Assembly (NCBI GenBank): GCA_016934825.1
Contig: JAFGSB010000067.1
Location: 7,280-71,279 of the forward strand
Reading direction: 5' to 3'
Source: Candidatus Zhuqueibacterota bacterium
GTDB taxonomy: Bacteria > Zhuqueibacterota > Zhuqueibacteria > Residuimicrobiales > Krinioviventaceae
DNA: 64,000 nt
Every line of letters starts with the position of its first letter. Position 1 is the first letter of the stretch. The translations under genes were made by a program, and so were the position numbers. Shown here in pieces: positions 1 to 10,695 of this stretch. The notes under the pieces are model-generated. The model searched no databases, was not told where the DNA came from, and worked only from the letters and a program-made list of their open reading frames with translations.

Positions 1-1
1 G

Positions 2-382
2 GGACTGTTTATTGTTTTTCGTTCAACAATAGAATTACGCGGTGAAGGTTTTGTCTGGTGGATCAAGGACCTGGCAAATCCGGATACTGTTGCGACATTG
101 CCTTTTTCAATCCCCATGTACGGCGATTCGGTAAATATTCTGCCGTTATTTATGGGCGCGACAATGCTTATTCAACAAAAATTGACCGTTACCGATCCGA
201 AACAAAAAGCAATGGTCTACTTTATGCCCATATTTCTCACTTTACTTTTTAATTCTTTTCCATCGGGACTGAATCTTTACTATGCGCTGTTTAATTTGTT
301 ATCAATAATTCAGCAAAAATATCTGGTACCAAGTCCGGCTGCAGCGAACCAGGAAAGTCTTGTTAAACGGAAGAAAAGATAA
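2..382 (+). CDS. yidC: Membrane protein insertase YidC, C-terminal fragment (5' end outside window)
   Basis: Open frame runs from the window start in frame 2. Translation (..LRGEGFVWWIKDLANPD.. ..LNLYYALFNLLSIIQQK..) resembles the conserved C-terminal TM region of YidC/Oxa1. Its position directly upstream of mnmE is the canonical arrangement. Confidence 0.7.
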   Translation, partial: GLFIVFRSTIELRGEGFVWWIKDLANPDTVATLPFSIPMYGDSVNILPLFMGATMLIQQKLTVTDPKQKAMVYFMPIFLTLLFNSFPSGLNLYYALFNLLSIIQQKYLVPSPAAANQESLVKRKKR

Positions 383-467
383 TTGATTTTATAAAAAGAT
401 AATAATTCCCGGCCTCGCTGTTTGTTTTTAGCGGGGCTTTATTTTTTAACCTGTATAAACCGGTTAC

Positions 468-1856
468 ATGCAAAGTTTAAAAGATACAATCGCCGCTATT
501 TCGACTCCCAGAGGTATTGGCGCCATTGCAATTGTCAGAATGAGCGGGACAAATTCAATCGATATAGCAGAAAAAATTTTTGTTCCGGCCAAAAAAGAGA
601 AAAAATTTCAACCCGGATTCGCTTATTTCGGCAATATTGTGGATCCTTTTTCAAACGATTCCTTAAAAAATATTGACCAGGTTGTTCTGACATATTTTAA
701 AACTCCGCGTTCCTACACAGGTGATGATGTTATTGAAATAAGTTGTCATGGAGGACTGTTTGTTGTTCAAGAAATTCTTGATTTAATATTAAGGGCAGGG
801 GCCCGTCTGGCGGACCCCGGTGAATTTACTTTACGCGCTTTTTTAAACGGAAAACTTGACCTGGTACAGGCCGAATCGATTATTGATCTGATATATGCGC
901 AGACGCAAAAAAGTTTACAATTATCATTTTCCCAGCTTTCCGGCAGTCTTTCGGAACGATTCAATCACTTAAAAATTTCGCTAAAGGAAAAATTATCACT
1001 TTTGGAAATCGAACTGGATTTCTCGGATGAGGATATTGAATTTGCCGGCCGCGATGACATATTAAAAGATATTGAAATCATTTTACAGGAAACCGAATCC
1101 TTGATCGAATCATTCAAGTTCGGCAGGATCATCCGGGAAGGCGCACATATTGTGATAATAGGAAAACCAAATGTCGGCAAATCAAGCATATTAAACAGAC
1201 TGTTACAGGAAGACAGGGCCATTGTTTCTGAAATCCCGGGCACAACACGCGACACCCTGGAGGAATCTTTAAATATCGAAGGGATGTTGTTTAAAATATC
1301 CGATACGGCCGGATTACGGGAAGCGCAGGATTTTATTGAAAAAGAGGGAGTAAAACGAACAGAGCGGCTCATTCGGCAGGCTGATATTATTTTACATGTT
1401 TTAGATGTCAGTGACGACTCTCCCAATAACGATTTTCTGGATTTATCCATTCAGAAACAACATAAAGAGATGTTTATTTTTAATAAAATTGATATAAAAA
1501 ATGAACAGGTTGTAATCGCGCTTGAAAATAAATATAAAGTGCGGACTATTCTTAAAATTTCAGCCAAAACCGGAGAAGGATTTGATCTATTAAAAAATGA
1601 ATTGATCACCCTGGTTTTAAATGATAAAGAATTAGCGGTTGATTCTATTATTTCCAGGGTACGTCATCGGGACGCCCTGATAAAAATTAAAGAATTCCTG
1701 TTAAACGCAAAAGATTCCATTAATAATCAAATGTCCCCGGAATTCATCGCACTTGACCTGAGGGGCGCGTTAAACGCGATAGGAGAGATTACCGGAGAAG
1801 TAACAACAGACGATATTTTGAATGATATTTTTTCAAAGTTTTGTATCGGAAAATAA
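468..1856 (+). CDS. mnmE: tRNA modification GTPase MnmE (TrmE)
   Basis: 462 aa. N-terminal MnmE domain, G-domain motifs (GKPNVGKSS, DTAGLRE), and the typical C-terminal ...CIGK end. Confidence 0.95.
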   Translation: MQSLKDTIAAISTPRGIGAIAIVRMSGTNSIDIAEKIFVPAKKEKKFQPGFAYFGNIVDPFSNDSLKNIDQVVLTYFKTPRSYTGDDVIEISCHGGLFVVQEILDLILRAGARLADPGEFTLRAFLNGKLDLVQAESIIDLIYAQTQKSLQLSFSQLSGSLSERFNHLKISLKEKLSLLEIELDFSDEDIEFAGRDDILKDIEIILQETESLIESFKFGRIIREGAHIVIIGKPNVGKSSILNRLLQEDRAIVSEIPGTTRDTLEESLNIEGMLFKISDTAGLREAQDFIEKEGVKRTERLIRQADIILHVLDVSDDSPNNDFLDLSIQKQHKEMFIFNKIDIKNEQVVIALENKYKVRTILKISAKTGEGFDLLKNELITLVLNDKELAVDSIISRVRHRDALIKIKEFLLNAKDSINNQMSPEFIALDLRGALNAIGEITGEVTTDDILNDIFSKFCIGK

Positions 1857-1862
1857 ATAAAT

Positions 1863-1878
1863 TGTTCCACGTGGAACA
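1863..1878. other. parS-like centromere site, TGTTCCACGTGGAACA, within the 26-bp perfect palindrome TAAATTGTTCCACGTGGAACAATTTA (1857..1882)
   Basis: Perfect 16-bp palindrome matching the canonical parS motif (tGTTnCACGTGnAACa) with a symmetric C/G variant. It sits immediately after the mnmE stop. An identical copy lies after mnmG. Confidence 0.6.
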
Positions 1879-1902
1879 ATTTATTCATACGGGAAAGATT
1901 TT

Positions 1903-3789
1903 ATGTATAACGATCAGTTTGACATCATTGTAATTGGCGCCGGTCATGCCGGATGTGAGGCTGGGCTGGCATCTGCACGCATGGGTGCGAAAACGCTGCT
2001 TGTTTCCATTAATTTATTCACCGTCGCGCAAATGTCGTGTAACCCCGCAATCGGAGGCCTGGCCAAGGGACATCTGGTGAAGGAAATCGATGCGATGGGC
2101 GGGGAAATCGGTGTTGTTGCGGACGACTCGGGCATTCAATTCAAAGTACTGAACAAATCTAAGGGACCGGCCGTCTGGTCCCTGCGAACCCAGAACGACC
2201 GACTGGATTATTCCGTCAAAATGAAACAGGTCCTTGAAAACCAGCCCAATCTGTCGTTAAGACAGCATGATGTTGTTGATCTGATTATAAAAAACAACAA
2301 GATTCGGGGCATTGTTACCGATATCGGCACAAACATTTATGGCAGCGCGGTCATTTTATGTAACGGCACCTTTTTAAACGGATTGATTCATATCGGTATG
2401 AAAAGTTTTACCGGCGGACGTTCCGGTGAACTGGCGTCTACCGGGCTGAGCCGGACTTTAAAAAAAGCGGGAATAACGGTAGGACGGTTAAAAACCGGCA
2501 CGCCGCCGCGTATCGACGGCAACAGCATTGATATTTCCGTTATGGACATTCAAAACGGTGATGAAAATCCCGTTCCTTTTTCCTATAAACATGAAAAAAT
2601 CAAAATTAACCAGTTACCCTGTTATTTGACCCGCACAACTCTTGAAACGCATGATATTTTACGTTCCGGACTGGACAGGTCCCCATTATACGCAGGCGTT
2701 ATCAAGGGCGTCGGCCCACGCTATTGTCCTTCGGTTGAAGATAAAATTGTCCGTTTTTCCGATAAAACAAGCCATCAAATTTTTTTAGAGCCGGAAGGAC
2801 GACATACACATGAATATTATCTGAACGGTTTTGCCACCAGTCTTCCGGAAGATATTCAGATAAAAGCCGTCAATTCTATTCCGGGACTTGGAAAGGCAAA
2901 AATTACCAGGCTGGGATATGCCATCGAGTACGACTATTTTCCGCCGACACAATTAAAGCCCACGCTTGAATCCAAAAAAGTTGACGGTCTGTACTTTGCG
3001 GGACAGATAAACGGCACCTCGGGATACGAGGAAGCGGCGGCGCAGGGAATGATGGCGGCGATAAATGCGGTATTAAAAACAAGGGGAGAGGAGCCTTTTA
3101 TCCTCGACCGGTCCGAGGCATATATGGGCGTATTAATCGACGATCTGGTCACGAAAGAGCTTTTCGAGCCGTACCGGATGTTCACATCGCGGGCCGAATA
3201 TCGTTTACTGCTGCGTCAGGATAACGCCGATTTAAGACTCATGGATTACGCATATAAATTCGGGTTAATCCCTGCCAAAGTTCATACCGATAAACAAAAG
3301 CGGAAGAAAGCAATTGACGAGGCTCTGATCTTTTTAAAGAATATTCGGCCCTCAATTGAGGACGTTAATCCCATTCTGGAGCGCGCCGGATCGAACCTGA
3401 TAAAAAATGTCGAAACGGTTGAAAGACTACTCAAGCGCCCCGAGCTCTCCATAACCGATTTTGAACCCATCAATTCGATGAAACTCTTTGCAAGAAATAC
3501 CGACCGCTTCTGGAAAAGAGTACAGGAGCAGGTGGAAATCGAGGTAAAATATGAGGGCTTTTTGGGACGTCAGAAAGAACAGGTAAAAAAATTAAAGGAC
3601 CAGGAATCTATGGTCATTCCGGATTTTATCGATTATTCAACCATTTTATCTATTTCCACTGAGGGACGGGAAAAATTAACCAGAATCAAACCGCGCACAT
3701 TGGGTCAGGCGTCACGTATATTGGGTGTTTCGGCTTCCGATGTTTCCATATTAATGGTTTATTTGAATAAATGGAGAAAGAAAAAATAA
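1903..3789 (+). CDS. mnmG: tRNA uridine 5-carboxymethylaminomethyl modification enzyme MnmG (GidA)
   Basis: 628 aa. FAD-binding N-terminus ([12 protein letters not shown]) and the conserved GidA core and C-terminal domain. Confidence 0.95.
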   Translation: MYNDQFDIIVIGAGHAGCEAGLASARMGAKTLLVSINLFTVAQMSCNPAIGGLAKGHLVKEIDAMGGEIGVVADDSGIQFKVLNKSKGPAVWSLRTQNDRLDYSVKMKQVLENQPNLSLRQHDVVDLIIKNNKIRGIVTDIGTNIYGSAVILCNGTFLNGLIHIGMKSFTGGRSGELASTGLSRTLKKAGITVGRLKTGTPPRIDGNSIDISVMDIQNGDENPVPFSYKHEKIKINQLPCYLTRTTLETHDILRSGLDRSPLYAGVIKGVGPRYCPSVEDKIVRFSDKTSHQIFLEPEGRHTHEYYLNGFATSLPEDIQIKAVNSIPGLGKAKITRLGYAIEYDYFPPTQLKPTLESKKVDGLYFAGQINGTSGYEEAAAQGMMAAINAVLKTRGEEPFILDRSEAYMGVLIDDLVTKELFEPYRMFTSRAEYRLLLRQDNADLRLMDYAYKFGLIPAKVHTDKQKRKKAIDEALIFLKNIRPSIEDVNPILERAGSNLIKNVETVERLLKRPELSITDFEPINSMKLFARNTDRFWKRVQEQVEIEVKYEGFLGRQKEQVKKLKDQESMVIPDFIDYSTILSISTEGREKLTRIKPRTLGQASRILGVSASDVSILMVYLNKWRKKK

Positions 3790-3790
3790 T

Positions 3791-3806
3791 TGTTCCACGT
3801 GGAACA
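3791..3806. other. parS-like centromere site, second copy (TGTTCCACGTGGAACA, within palindrome 3787..3810)
   Basis: Identical 16-mer to the one at 1863..1878. It abuts the mnmG stop codon and lies ~30 nt upstream of rsmG. Confidence 0.6.
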
Positions 3807-3822
3807 ATTATAAAAATAATAT

Positions 3823-4479
3823 ATGTTACCGCAGAACCAAAAAGAACTGAATGCTTTATCCAAAGAGTTAGATTTAACCGGCGAACAGATCGACCGGTTT
3901 TCCGCCTATATCAATTTACTTGAACAATGGAATCAACGCACCAATTTGGTATCCGGAAATGATATCGCGTCTATTGTATCCAAACATATACGGGAATCCC
4001 TTGAAATCCTTTTTTTGGATATATTAAAGGGAAGGAATACGATAATGGATATGGGAACAGGCGCCGGTTTTCCGGGAATTCCGCTTTCCATATTGAAACC
4101 ACAGCTTGATATGACTCTTGTTGAATCAAAAAAAATGAAAACCCTTTTTTTACAGGACGTCGTTAGTACTTTAAAATTGCAAAATGTGAATATTATATGT
4201 CAGAGGGTTGAAAATATAAAGGGGGATGAATTTTTATTCCAGTACGATGTAGTATTAGCCCGGGCAGTTACCCAATTAAAAAAGCTCTGGTTTTGGGGCA
4301 AGCCATTATTAAAAAATAACGGACTGCTAATTGCATATAAAGGGGGGGATATGGATAAAGAAATAAAAGAGCTTTTAAAAAAGGACAAACAGGTTGAATT
4401 GAAAAATTATCCCTTTCGGTGGTCCAACTCGAAGGATGATAAAAAGATTGTCGTTGTATACAGACAGGCATTTTCATAA
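3823..4479 (+). CDS. rsmG: 16S rRNA (guanine527-N7)-methyltransferase RsmG (GidB)
   Basis: 218 aa with a SAM-binding motif (MDMGTGAGFPGIPL). Canonical position after mnmG. Confidence 0.9.
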   Translation: MLPQNQKELNALSKELDLTGEQIDRFSAYINLLEQWNQRTNLVSGNDIASIVSKHIRESLEILFLDILKGRNTIMDMGTGAGFPGIPLSILKPQLDMTLVESKKMKTLFLQDVVSTLKLQNVNIICQRVENIKGDEFLFQYDVVLARAVTQLKKLWFWGKPLLKNNGLLIAYKGGDMDKEIKELLKKDKQVELKNYPFRWSNSKDDKKIVVVYRQAFS

Positions 4480-4510
4480 GGAATTACGATATTAAATACA
4501 GGGAAAAATT

Positions 4511-7500
4511 TTGATCAAAGAACAGATATTATCACTCTTTTCCGACAGCAAGCAGGTTTCAGAAATAATAAATAGTCTGGATCGATCCGAATCCGTTTCA
4601 GTAACCGGGACGCCCTTTTCATCACGGGCGTTTGTATTATCTTCGATATTAAAAAAGTATTCAAAAAATATACTGGTGATCCTGCCGGATGAAAAGGAAG
4701 CAAAGCTTTTTTTTGAAGATGTTTCAACCATTATTAACAGAACAAATGTTGAATTTTTCCCTCAATATAACCGTCAACTCTGGAGTGAACTGGGTCCGGT
4801 AAGTTCCCTGGTCGGCAGCAGAATTTTAACGCTTAAAGCCCTGCGGCAGCAAAAACCCAAATTGATTGTCGCGCCTGTCGGCGCTTTATTGGAAAAAGTA
4901 TCAAATCCGCAGCTCCTGGGAGAAAAAACAATACATATCCGTACCGGTTCGTCGCATAAATTTGAAGAGTTGATTGAAAATCTGGTAAATAACGGATATG
5001 TCCGTGAAGAGCGGGTGGACCGTCCGGGAGAAATGAGCGTCCGGGGCGGCTTGATTGATATATTTATGTATGAGGATGTTCATCCCTACCGCATCGAATT
5101 GTTCGGCGACGAGGTCGAATCCATACGAAAATTTGATATTGAAACACAAAGGTCCATTAACATATGCCCGGCTGTGGAAATTTTTCCGTTGGGGGCGGGG
5201 GGATTATATGGCCCTTTTGACGATCAGCCCCTTGACGAAATTAAACTGAACAGCACCGTACTGGATTACCTGCCCGCCGGTTCGATATTATGTTTTAATG
5301 ATTATCAATCAATAGAACGGGAAATTGAAGATGTCCAGAATGACATCACTTTTAGAATGGATTCTTTTATCAATGAACATAAAATAGACTCCCTTTCATA
5401 CAATATATTTTATTCCGGTTACAAGGCGCTGTTACAACAAACGGAAAAATTTAAAAAATTCGAATTTACTGTGCTGAACAGTACATTTGGAAAACGGGTC
5501 GATTTTGGTATGATTTCGTCGCCTGGATTTAACGGGAAATTTGACCTTTTTAAAAATGAAATCAATTCGCTGAATCCCTCTTCAACGGATCAAAAAAATC
5601 CGCAGCTCTTTTTTTGTTGCGATTCGTTAACCCAGGAAAACAGGATAAAGGATCTGCTTGCGGAAGAAAAATTTCCCGACACCGTTAAAACAACCGTCCT
5701 GAATATTTCCGAAGGTTTTCAGTGGCCATCCCGGGGTTTATATCTTTATACCAACAAAGAATTGTACAGCCGGGAAAAACGGCCCCGGCCGGATTGGATT
5801 GAAAAACGCAAGGTGGCTTTACGAAACCTGGCCACAATTCAGATCGGCGATTATGTTGTGCATAATGATTTCGGCATCGGCGTTTTTCGGGGATTGAAAA
5901 AAATCAGCGCCTATAAAAAAGAACTGGAGTGTTTGATCCTTGAATACCAGGACAACGACATTTTATACGTTCCGTTGGAAAAAATGGACCTGGTGCAAAA
6001 ATATTCCGGGCGCGACGGAACAATCCCGCATTTAAGTAAACTGGGGACAAAAGCCTGGGAAAAACTCAAAGGCAGAACAAAAGAAAATATTAAGGAAATT
6101 GCCATACAGTTAATAAAACTGTACGCCACCCGAAAGATGAAAAAGGGATTTGCTTTTTCTAAAGATTCCATTTGGCAGAAGGAACTTGAAGCCTCCTTTG
6201 AATTTGAAGAAACAATTGACCAATTATCCGCGATTAACAATATCAAGGATGATATGGAATCGTCACGTCCCATGGACAGGCTGGTCTGCGGCGATGTGGG
6301 TTTTGGTAAAACGGAGGTGGCAGTCCGCGCCGCATTCAAGGCCATCAATGACGGCAAACAGGCCGCGGTTCTTGTGCCGACGACAATCCTTGCCCAGCAA
6401 CATTTTGAGACATTTCACGGCAGGTTAAAGCAATTTCCGGTCAATATCGAGCTGTTGTCCAGATTCAAGACCCCGGCGCAGCAAAAGGATATTATAAAAA
6501 TGCTTGCGGCAGGGGAGATTGACCTGATCGTCGGCACGCATAGAATATTGTCTAAAGACATAAAATTCAACAGCTTGGGCCTGCTGGTCGTCGATGAAGA
6601 ACATCGGTTCGGGGTATTGCATAAAGAGAAGATAAAGCTATTAAAAACAACGGTTGACACTCTGTCTCTTTCCGCAACTCCGATTCCGAGAACCATGCAT
6701 ATGGCGTTAATGGGGGCCAAAGATATGTCGATCATCAATACGCCGCCGCATAATCGATTGCCCATTAAGACGGAAGTGTCCCGGTTTGACCGTGATTTTA
6801 TCAGGGAAATTATTTTAAAGGAAATTGACCGAAACGGCCAGGTATTTTTTGTCCATAATCGTGTGCAATCGATCTATGGAATCGCTAATTTATTGCGGCA
6901 AATAGTTCCTGAAGTCACAATAGCCGTGGCTCATGGGCAGATGAAAGCGCATACTCTGGAAAATGTAATGCAAAAATTTGCCCAGCAAAAAATACAGTGT
7001 CTTGTATGTACAATGATCATAGAATCGGGTATCGATTTACCGAACGTGAATACCCTGATCATCAACCGGGCGGACAAATTTGGTTTGGCGCAGTTATATC
7101 AATTACGCGGCCGGGTAGGGCGATCGGATTTACAGGCATATGCCTATTTACTGATCCCGCCGTTAAGAAAATTAACGCGCACCGCGATTAAACGGTTACA
7201 AACGATTCAGGAAATGTCCCTGCTGGGATCGGGATATAAAATAGCCATGCGGGACCTCGAAATTCGTGGTACTGGGAATATTTTTGGTCCGCAGCAAAGC
7301 GGTTTTGTGGACGCTCTTGGCTATGATTTGTATACAAAAATCATTAATGAAGCTGTTTTAGAGTTGAAAAAGGAATTAAAAACCGGGCCTGTTGAAAAAG
7401 AGGAAACGGTCAAAATTGAATCCAAAATTGATGTCAAGGTTGATGCATATTTACCGGATGATTATATAACCAATCCGTCTGAAAGGGTGGACCTTTACAG

Positions 7501-7864
7501 AAGGTTAATAGAGGCAAAAAAGACAGAACAAGTAGAGGATTTAAAGAATGAACTTTTAGACAGATTTGGACCGCTCCCGGAAAAAGCTCAAATATTGATT
7601 GATTATGTCCAGCTAAAACTGCTTGCCCAGAAAGCACTGGTTTCAAAACTTACCCTGACGGACACAAAAATAGTCGGCCAGTTTGCACATGAATTTTTAC
7701 CTGCAGGGGAACAATTTAAGGCCTGGTTTGGTAAAATTGTACAAAACGTCACGCAAAAATTTGAATTAAAACAGCAGGATAAGGAATTATTTTTTGAAAT
7801 TAAACTCAAACATTCTCAGGAACAAATATCAACCGCCAAAAACTTCTTGCAAAGTATAATATAA
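4511..7864 (+). CDS. mfd: Transcription-repair coupling factor Mfd (TTG start as listed)
   Basis: 1117 aa. UvrB-homology N-terminus, RNAP-interaction domain, superfamily-2 helicase motifs (GDVGFGKTEVA, DEEHRFGV), and a TRCF C-terminal domain. Confidence 0.95.
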   Translation: MIKEQILSLFSDSKQVSEIINSLDRSESVSVTGTPFSSRAFVLSSILKKYSKNILVILPDEKEAKLFFEDVSTIINRTNVEFFPQYNRQLWSELGPVSSLVGSRILTLKALRQQKPKLIVAPVGALLEKVSNPQLLGEKTIHIRTGSSHKFEELIENLVNNGYVREERVDRPGEMSVRGGLIDIFMYEDVHPYRIELFGDEVESIRKFDIETQRSINICPAVEIFPLGAGGLYGPFDDQPLDEIKLNSTVLDYLPAGSILCFNDYQSIEREIEDVQNDITFRMDSFINEHKIDSLSYNIFYSGYKALLQQTEKFKKFEFTVLNSTFGKRVDFGMISSPGFNGKFDLFKNEINSLNPSSTDQKNPQLFFCCDSLTQENRIKDLLAEEKFPDTVKTTVLNISEGFQWPSRGLYLYTNKELYSREKRPRPDWIEKRKVALRNLATIQIGDYVVHNDFGIGVFRGLKKISAYKKELECLILEYQDNDILYVPLEKMDLVQKYSGRDGTIPHLSKLGTKAWEKLKGRTKENIKEIAIQLIKLYATRKMKKGFAFSKDSIWQKELEASFEFEETIDQLSAINNIKDDMESSRPMDRLVCGDVGFGKTEVAVRAAFKAINDGKQAAVLVPTTILAQQHFETFHGRLKQFPVNIELLSRFKTPAQQKDIIKMLAAGEIDLIVGTHRILSKDIKFNSLGLLVVDEEHRFGVLHKEKIKLLKTTVDTLSLSATPIPRTMHMALMGAKDMSIINTPPHNRLPIKTEVSRFDRDFIREIILKEIDRNGQVFFVHNRVQSIYGIANLLRQIVPEVTIAVAHGQMKAHTLENVMQKFAQQKIQCLVCTMIIESGIDLPNVNTLIINRADKFGLAQLYQLRGRVGRSDLQAYAYLLIPPLRKLTRTAIKRLQTIQEMSLLGSGYKIAMRDLEIRGTGNIFGPQQSGFVDALGYDLYTKIINEAVLELKKELKTGPVEKEETVKIESKIDVKVDAYLPDDYITNPSERVDLYRRLIEAKKTEQVEDLKNELLDRFGPLPEKAQILIDYVQLKLLAQKALVSKLTLTDTKIVGQFAHEFLPAGEQFKAWFGKIVQNVTQKFELKQQDKELFFEIKLKHSQEQISTAKNFLQSII

Positions 7865-7928
7865 TTACATAAATTTAAGCTTAATCAATATAAATCAAAA
7901 AGATAGGCCAAATTATTCCGAGGCGCAA

Positions 7929-9647
7929 ATGAAAAATTTATCTCGATTATTGTTTATCACGATTATCATTTTGATAGCAGGTTGCGAAAATTATAAAATT
8001 GTAGCCCGTGTCGGCAATAGTCCGATTTATGTAAAGGATTTTAAGGCGGCGCTTTTAAAGGAGAACGGGATAAAATCTTATAATAAAATATCGGCCGTGG
8101 AAAAAGAAAATGTCCTCACTGCCATGATTGAGGAAAGGGTTCAGCTCCTTGACGCTTACCGAAATAATCTTGATACCGATCCTAAAATTTTAGAATCAAT
8201 TGAATACAGCGAATCAAGATTAATTTACGAAACGGTTTTGGAAAAGCAAATCGTTAATCGGGTGATCACCGAAAAAGACTTTAAAGACAGGTATGATAAA
8301 ATTTCCAGGGAAATAAAGGTACAACAAATATTTATTCCGGCGGTGAAATCCGATGATAAAGACCGCAAACAAAAAATTTTAAACCAGCTTGATTCGTTGC
8401 GTTATTTAATACTCCGGGGCGAAGATTTTGCCGCGTTAGCCAGAAAATTTTCCAAAGATTCCCTTTCCGCGGGTAAAGGGGGCGATCTGGGTTATCTCAA
8501 GTGGGATGACTCGAAATATAACGATATTTTTTATAACCGGATTTTTAAGTTAAAAAAAGGGGATGTTTCCAAAGTATTTGAAACAAAGAATGGTTATCAT
8601 CTGGTTCAGGTCGTTCAATCTCGTCCTGTTCCTGTTGAGCCATACGACATTCAAAAACCATTAATATTAAGAACATTTTACCGGGAAAAGACGGATGAAT
8701 TAAATAAACAATATTATGCATTTTTGGAAAAACTGGAAAAAAATAATCCCGTTACTTTCAATGATGAGAATATACAATCCCTTGTTGATTATATTCAGCA
8801 GCAGTCGGAGATCCTGAAAAAAGAAGGAAAACATTTTAACCTTAATGATGTTCTTGATGCCAAAGATCCTGAAATGCCGCTGTTCAAATATTCCAACAAA
8901 CAATATACCTTAAAACAATTTGTAGCTGATATCTCAAATATGTACTCGCTATATTATCCGGGTATGTTTTCACCTAAAAGATTAAATGAAACTTTAAAAA
9001 AACTTACAAGTCGGGAAATGATCGTTCTTTATGGCGATACTCATGGTTATCGTGAAATGAAATCAGTCAAAGAGAGTCTTTTAAAGAAAAAAGAAGAGTT
9101 GATGGTGAAGGAGAACAATGATCTCAAAGTAATGAGCGGTATTAACAATGATGAATTAAAAAAATATTATGAAAAAAATATTGATAAATTTCGGGAACCG
9201 GATAAATACAAGGTCCAGGAAATTCGTGTTAAGGACAAGGAACTGATCGATAAAATTTATGAAAAAGCCCTTAACAATGAAAATTTTGAAACCCTGTCTC
9301 TAAAATATAATGAAAATCAAAATACTATAAATAAAAAAGGAGTATTGGGCTCTATTACATCAAAACAATATGGCACGATTGGACAAACAGCCGCCTCCCT
9401 TACAATAAATGAGATTTCAAAGCCAATTGAATTTGACGGTTTTTATGTGATTATCAAAGTACTGGATATCCTTAAAGCTGAGCAAACACCCTTTGATAAA
9501 ATAAGTCGGGGTATTCGGATGGCGATTAGAAAAGAGATAGTTAATGAGAAAAAAGACAGTTGGTTAAAAGAAATGTATATTCAATATCCTGTTATTAAAT
9601 ATGAAAATGTAATGGAAAATGTATTCAAGAAAAAAGAAATTATTTAA
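7929..9647 (+). CDS. Lipoprotein peptidyl-prolyl cis-trans isomerase, PpiC/parvulin type (SurA/PrsA-like)
   Basis: Signal peptide plus lipobox (LIAGC). Parvulin rotamase motif (SKDSLSAGKGGDLGYLKWDD). Confidence 0.75.
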   Translation: MKNLSRLLFITIIILIAGCENYKIVARVGNSPIYVKDFKAALLKENGIKSYNKISAVEKENVLTAMIEERVQLLDAYRNNLDTDPKILESIEYSESRLIYETVLEKQIVNRVITEKDFKDRYDKISREIKVQQIFIPAVKSDDKDRKQKILNQLDSLRYLILRGEDFAALARKFSKDSLSAGKGGDLGYLKWDDSKYNDIFYNRIFKLKKGDVSKVFETKNGYHLVQVVQSRPVPVEPYDIQKPLILRTFYREKTDELNKQYYAFLEKLEKNNPVTFNDENIQSLVDYIQQQSEILKKEGKHFNLNDVLDAKDPEMPLFKYSNKQYTLKQFVADISNMYSLYYPGMFSPKRLNETLKKLTSREMIVLYGDTHGYREMKSVKESLLKKKEELMVKENNDLKVMSGINNDELKKYYEKNIDKFREPDKYKVQEIRVKDKELIDKIYEKALNNENFETLSLKYNENQNTINKKGVLGSITSKQYGTIGQTAASLTINEISKPIEFDGFYVIIKVLDILKAEQTPFDKISRGIRMAIRKEIVNEKKDSWLKEMYIQYPVIKYENVMENVFKKKEII

Positions 9648-9648
9648 A

Positions 9649-10497
9649 ATGAAAAAATTATTATTCTTAATTTTATTGCCACTTATAATAATCACTTTTT
9701 GCACAAAAGAAGACAAGCCGGATTCACCGATTGTTGCAAAAGTTGGCAAAGAGATATTTACGATGAATGACCTGAAACAGGTCATTCCCCAAAATTCGGA
9801 TCTGGATATTTCACCCCTGCAAATTCAGAATTATATCAAACGGTGGATTGAAAATGAATTGGTGTACCAGGAAGCGCTGGTAAACGGTTTTGAAAAAGAT
9901 TCCGATATTCAAAAAGGCATTGAAAAATTAATCCGGGATTACATTGTAGTCAAGTATTTAGAGAAAAACATTGATCAGGGCATTGAGGTGACCGAAGCCG
10001 AGATTGAAGAATTTTATCAAAATAATTCATCTGAATTCATACGGCCGAAAGATCTTTATCATATTCAACTTATTGCTGTAACGACATACAGGGAAGCAAA
10101 TGCGATTCGAAGCAGCCTGGTCAGCGGACAAAAGTTTGAGGACCTGGCCCGGGAACATTCACTCGATGAAAGCAGGGAAAACGGCGGAAACCTGGGCTGG
10201 CTGACACTTGATGAATTGCCTCCCATTTTGGCCGAAAAAGTGCCCTATAGCGGAATTAATATCATTAATCGTATTAAATCACTTGATGGTTATTATGTCA
10301 TTCGGGTAATCGAAAAACGCAGCAAGGGAGAGACTCAAACATTGGAAGAAGTTAGAGATATTATTACCTGGAGAGTTAAAGCCTGGAAAAGAGAGAACAA
10401 ATACAGAAGACTAATAACTTATCTGAGTGAAAATTCTAATGTTGAAACGAATTATAATATCATTCAGGAAATTTATAGTGATTCAATATCAAATTAG
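9649..10497 (+). CDS. Lipoprotein peptidyl-prolyl cis-trans isomerase, parvulin type
   Basis: Chosen start is the internal ATG (MKKLLFLILLPLIIITFC, signal peptide plus lipobox) right after the upstream stop, rather than the listed 9619. Parvulin motif (ENGGNLGWLTLDELP). Confidence 0.7.
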   Translation: MKKLLFLILLPLIIITFCTKEDKPDSPIVAKVGKEIFTMNDLKQVIPQNSDLDISPLQIQNYIKRWIENELVYQEALVNGFEKDSDIQKGIEKLIRDYIVVKYLEKNIDQGIEVTEAEIEEFYQNNSSEFIRPKDLYHIQLIAVTTYREANAIRSSLVSGQKFEDLAREHSLDESRENGGNLGWLTLDELPPILAEKVPYSGINIINRIKSLDGYYVIRVIEKRSKGETQTLEEVRDIITWRVKAWKRENKYRRLITYLSENSNVETNYNIIQEIYSDSISN

Positions 10498-10695
10498 AAA
10501 TATTGTCCGGGTAGCACGGAAAAGTCAACCTTGACCAAATAAGTTATTTATGTTTTGGAAACAAATTGTTATATGACTTGTTCAGCGAAACGGCTTTAAT
10601 TGCTTGATTATGTTGAACTTACGCTAATCATAAAGTGAGAGGGGCCGTTAACCGGCCGTAAGAGTTGTAAAATTGAAATAAAGGAAAAGAAGAAA

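Noticed and set aside
422-676. 84-aa ORF overlapping the mnmE start in another frame
   Set aside because: Out-of-frame overlap with a highly conserved gene. The basic, low-complexity translation is spurious.
767-1450. Antisense ORFs (65 and 161 aa) inside mnmE
   Set aside because: Entirely embedded opposite a confidently identified conserved CDS. Low-complexity S/R-rich translations. Typical of spurious frames.
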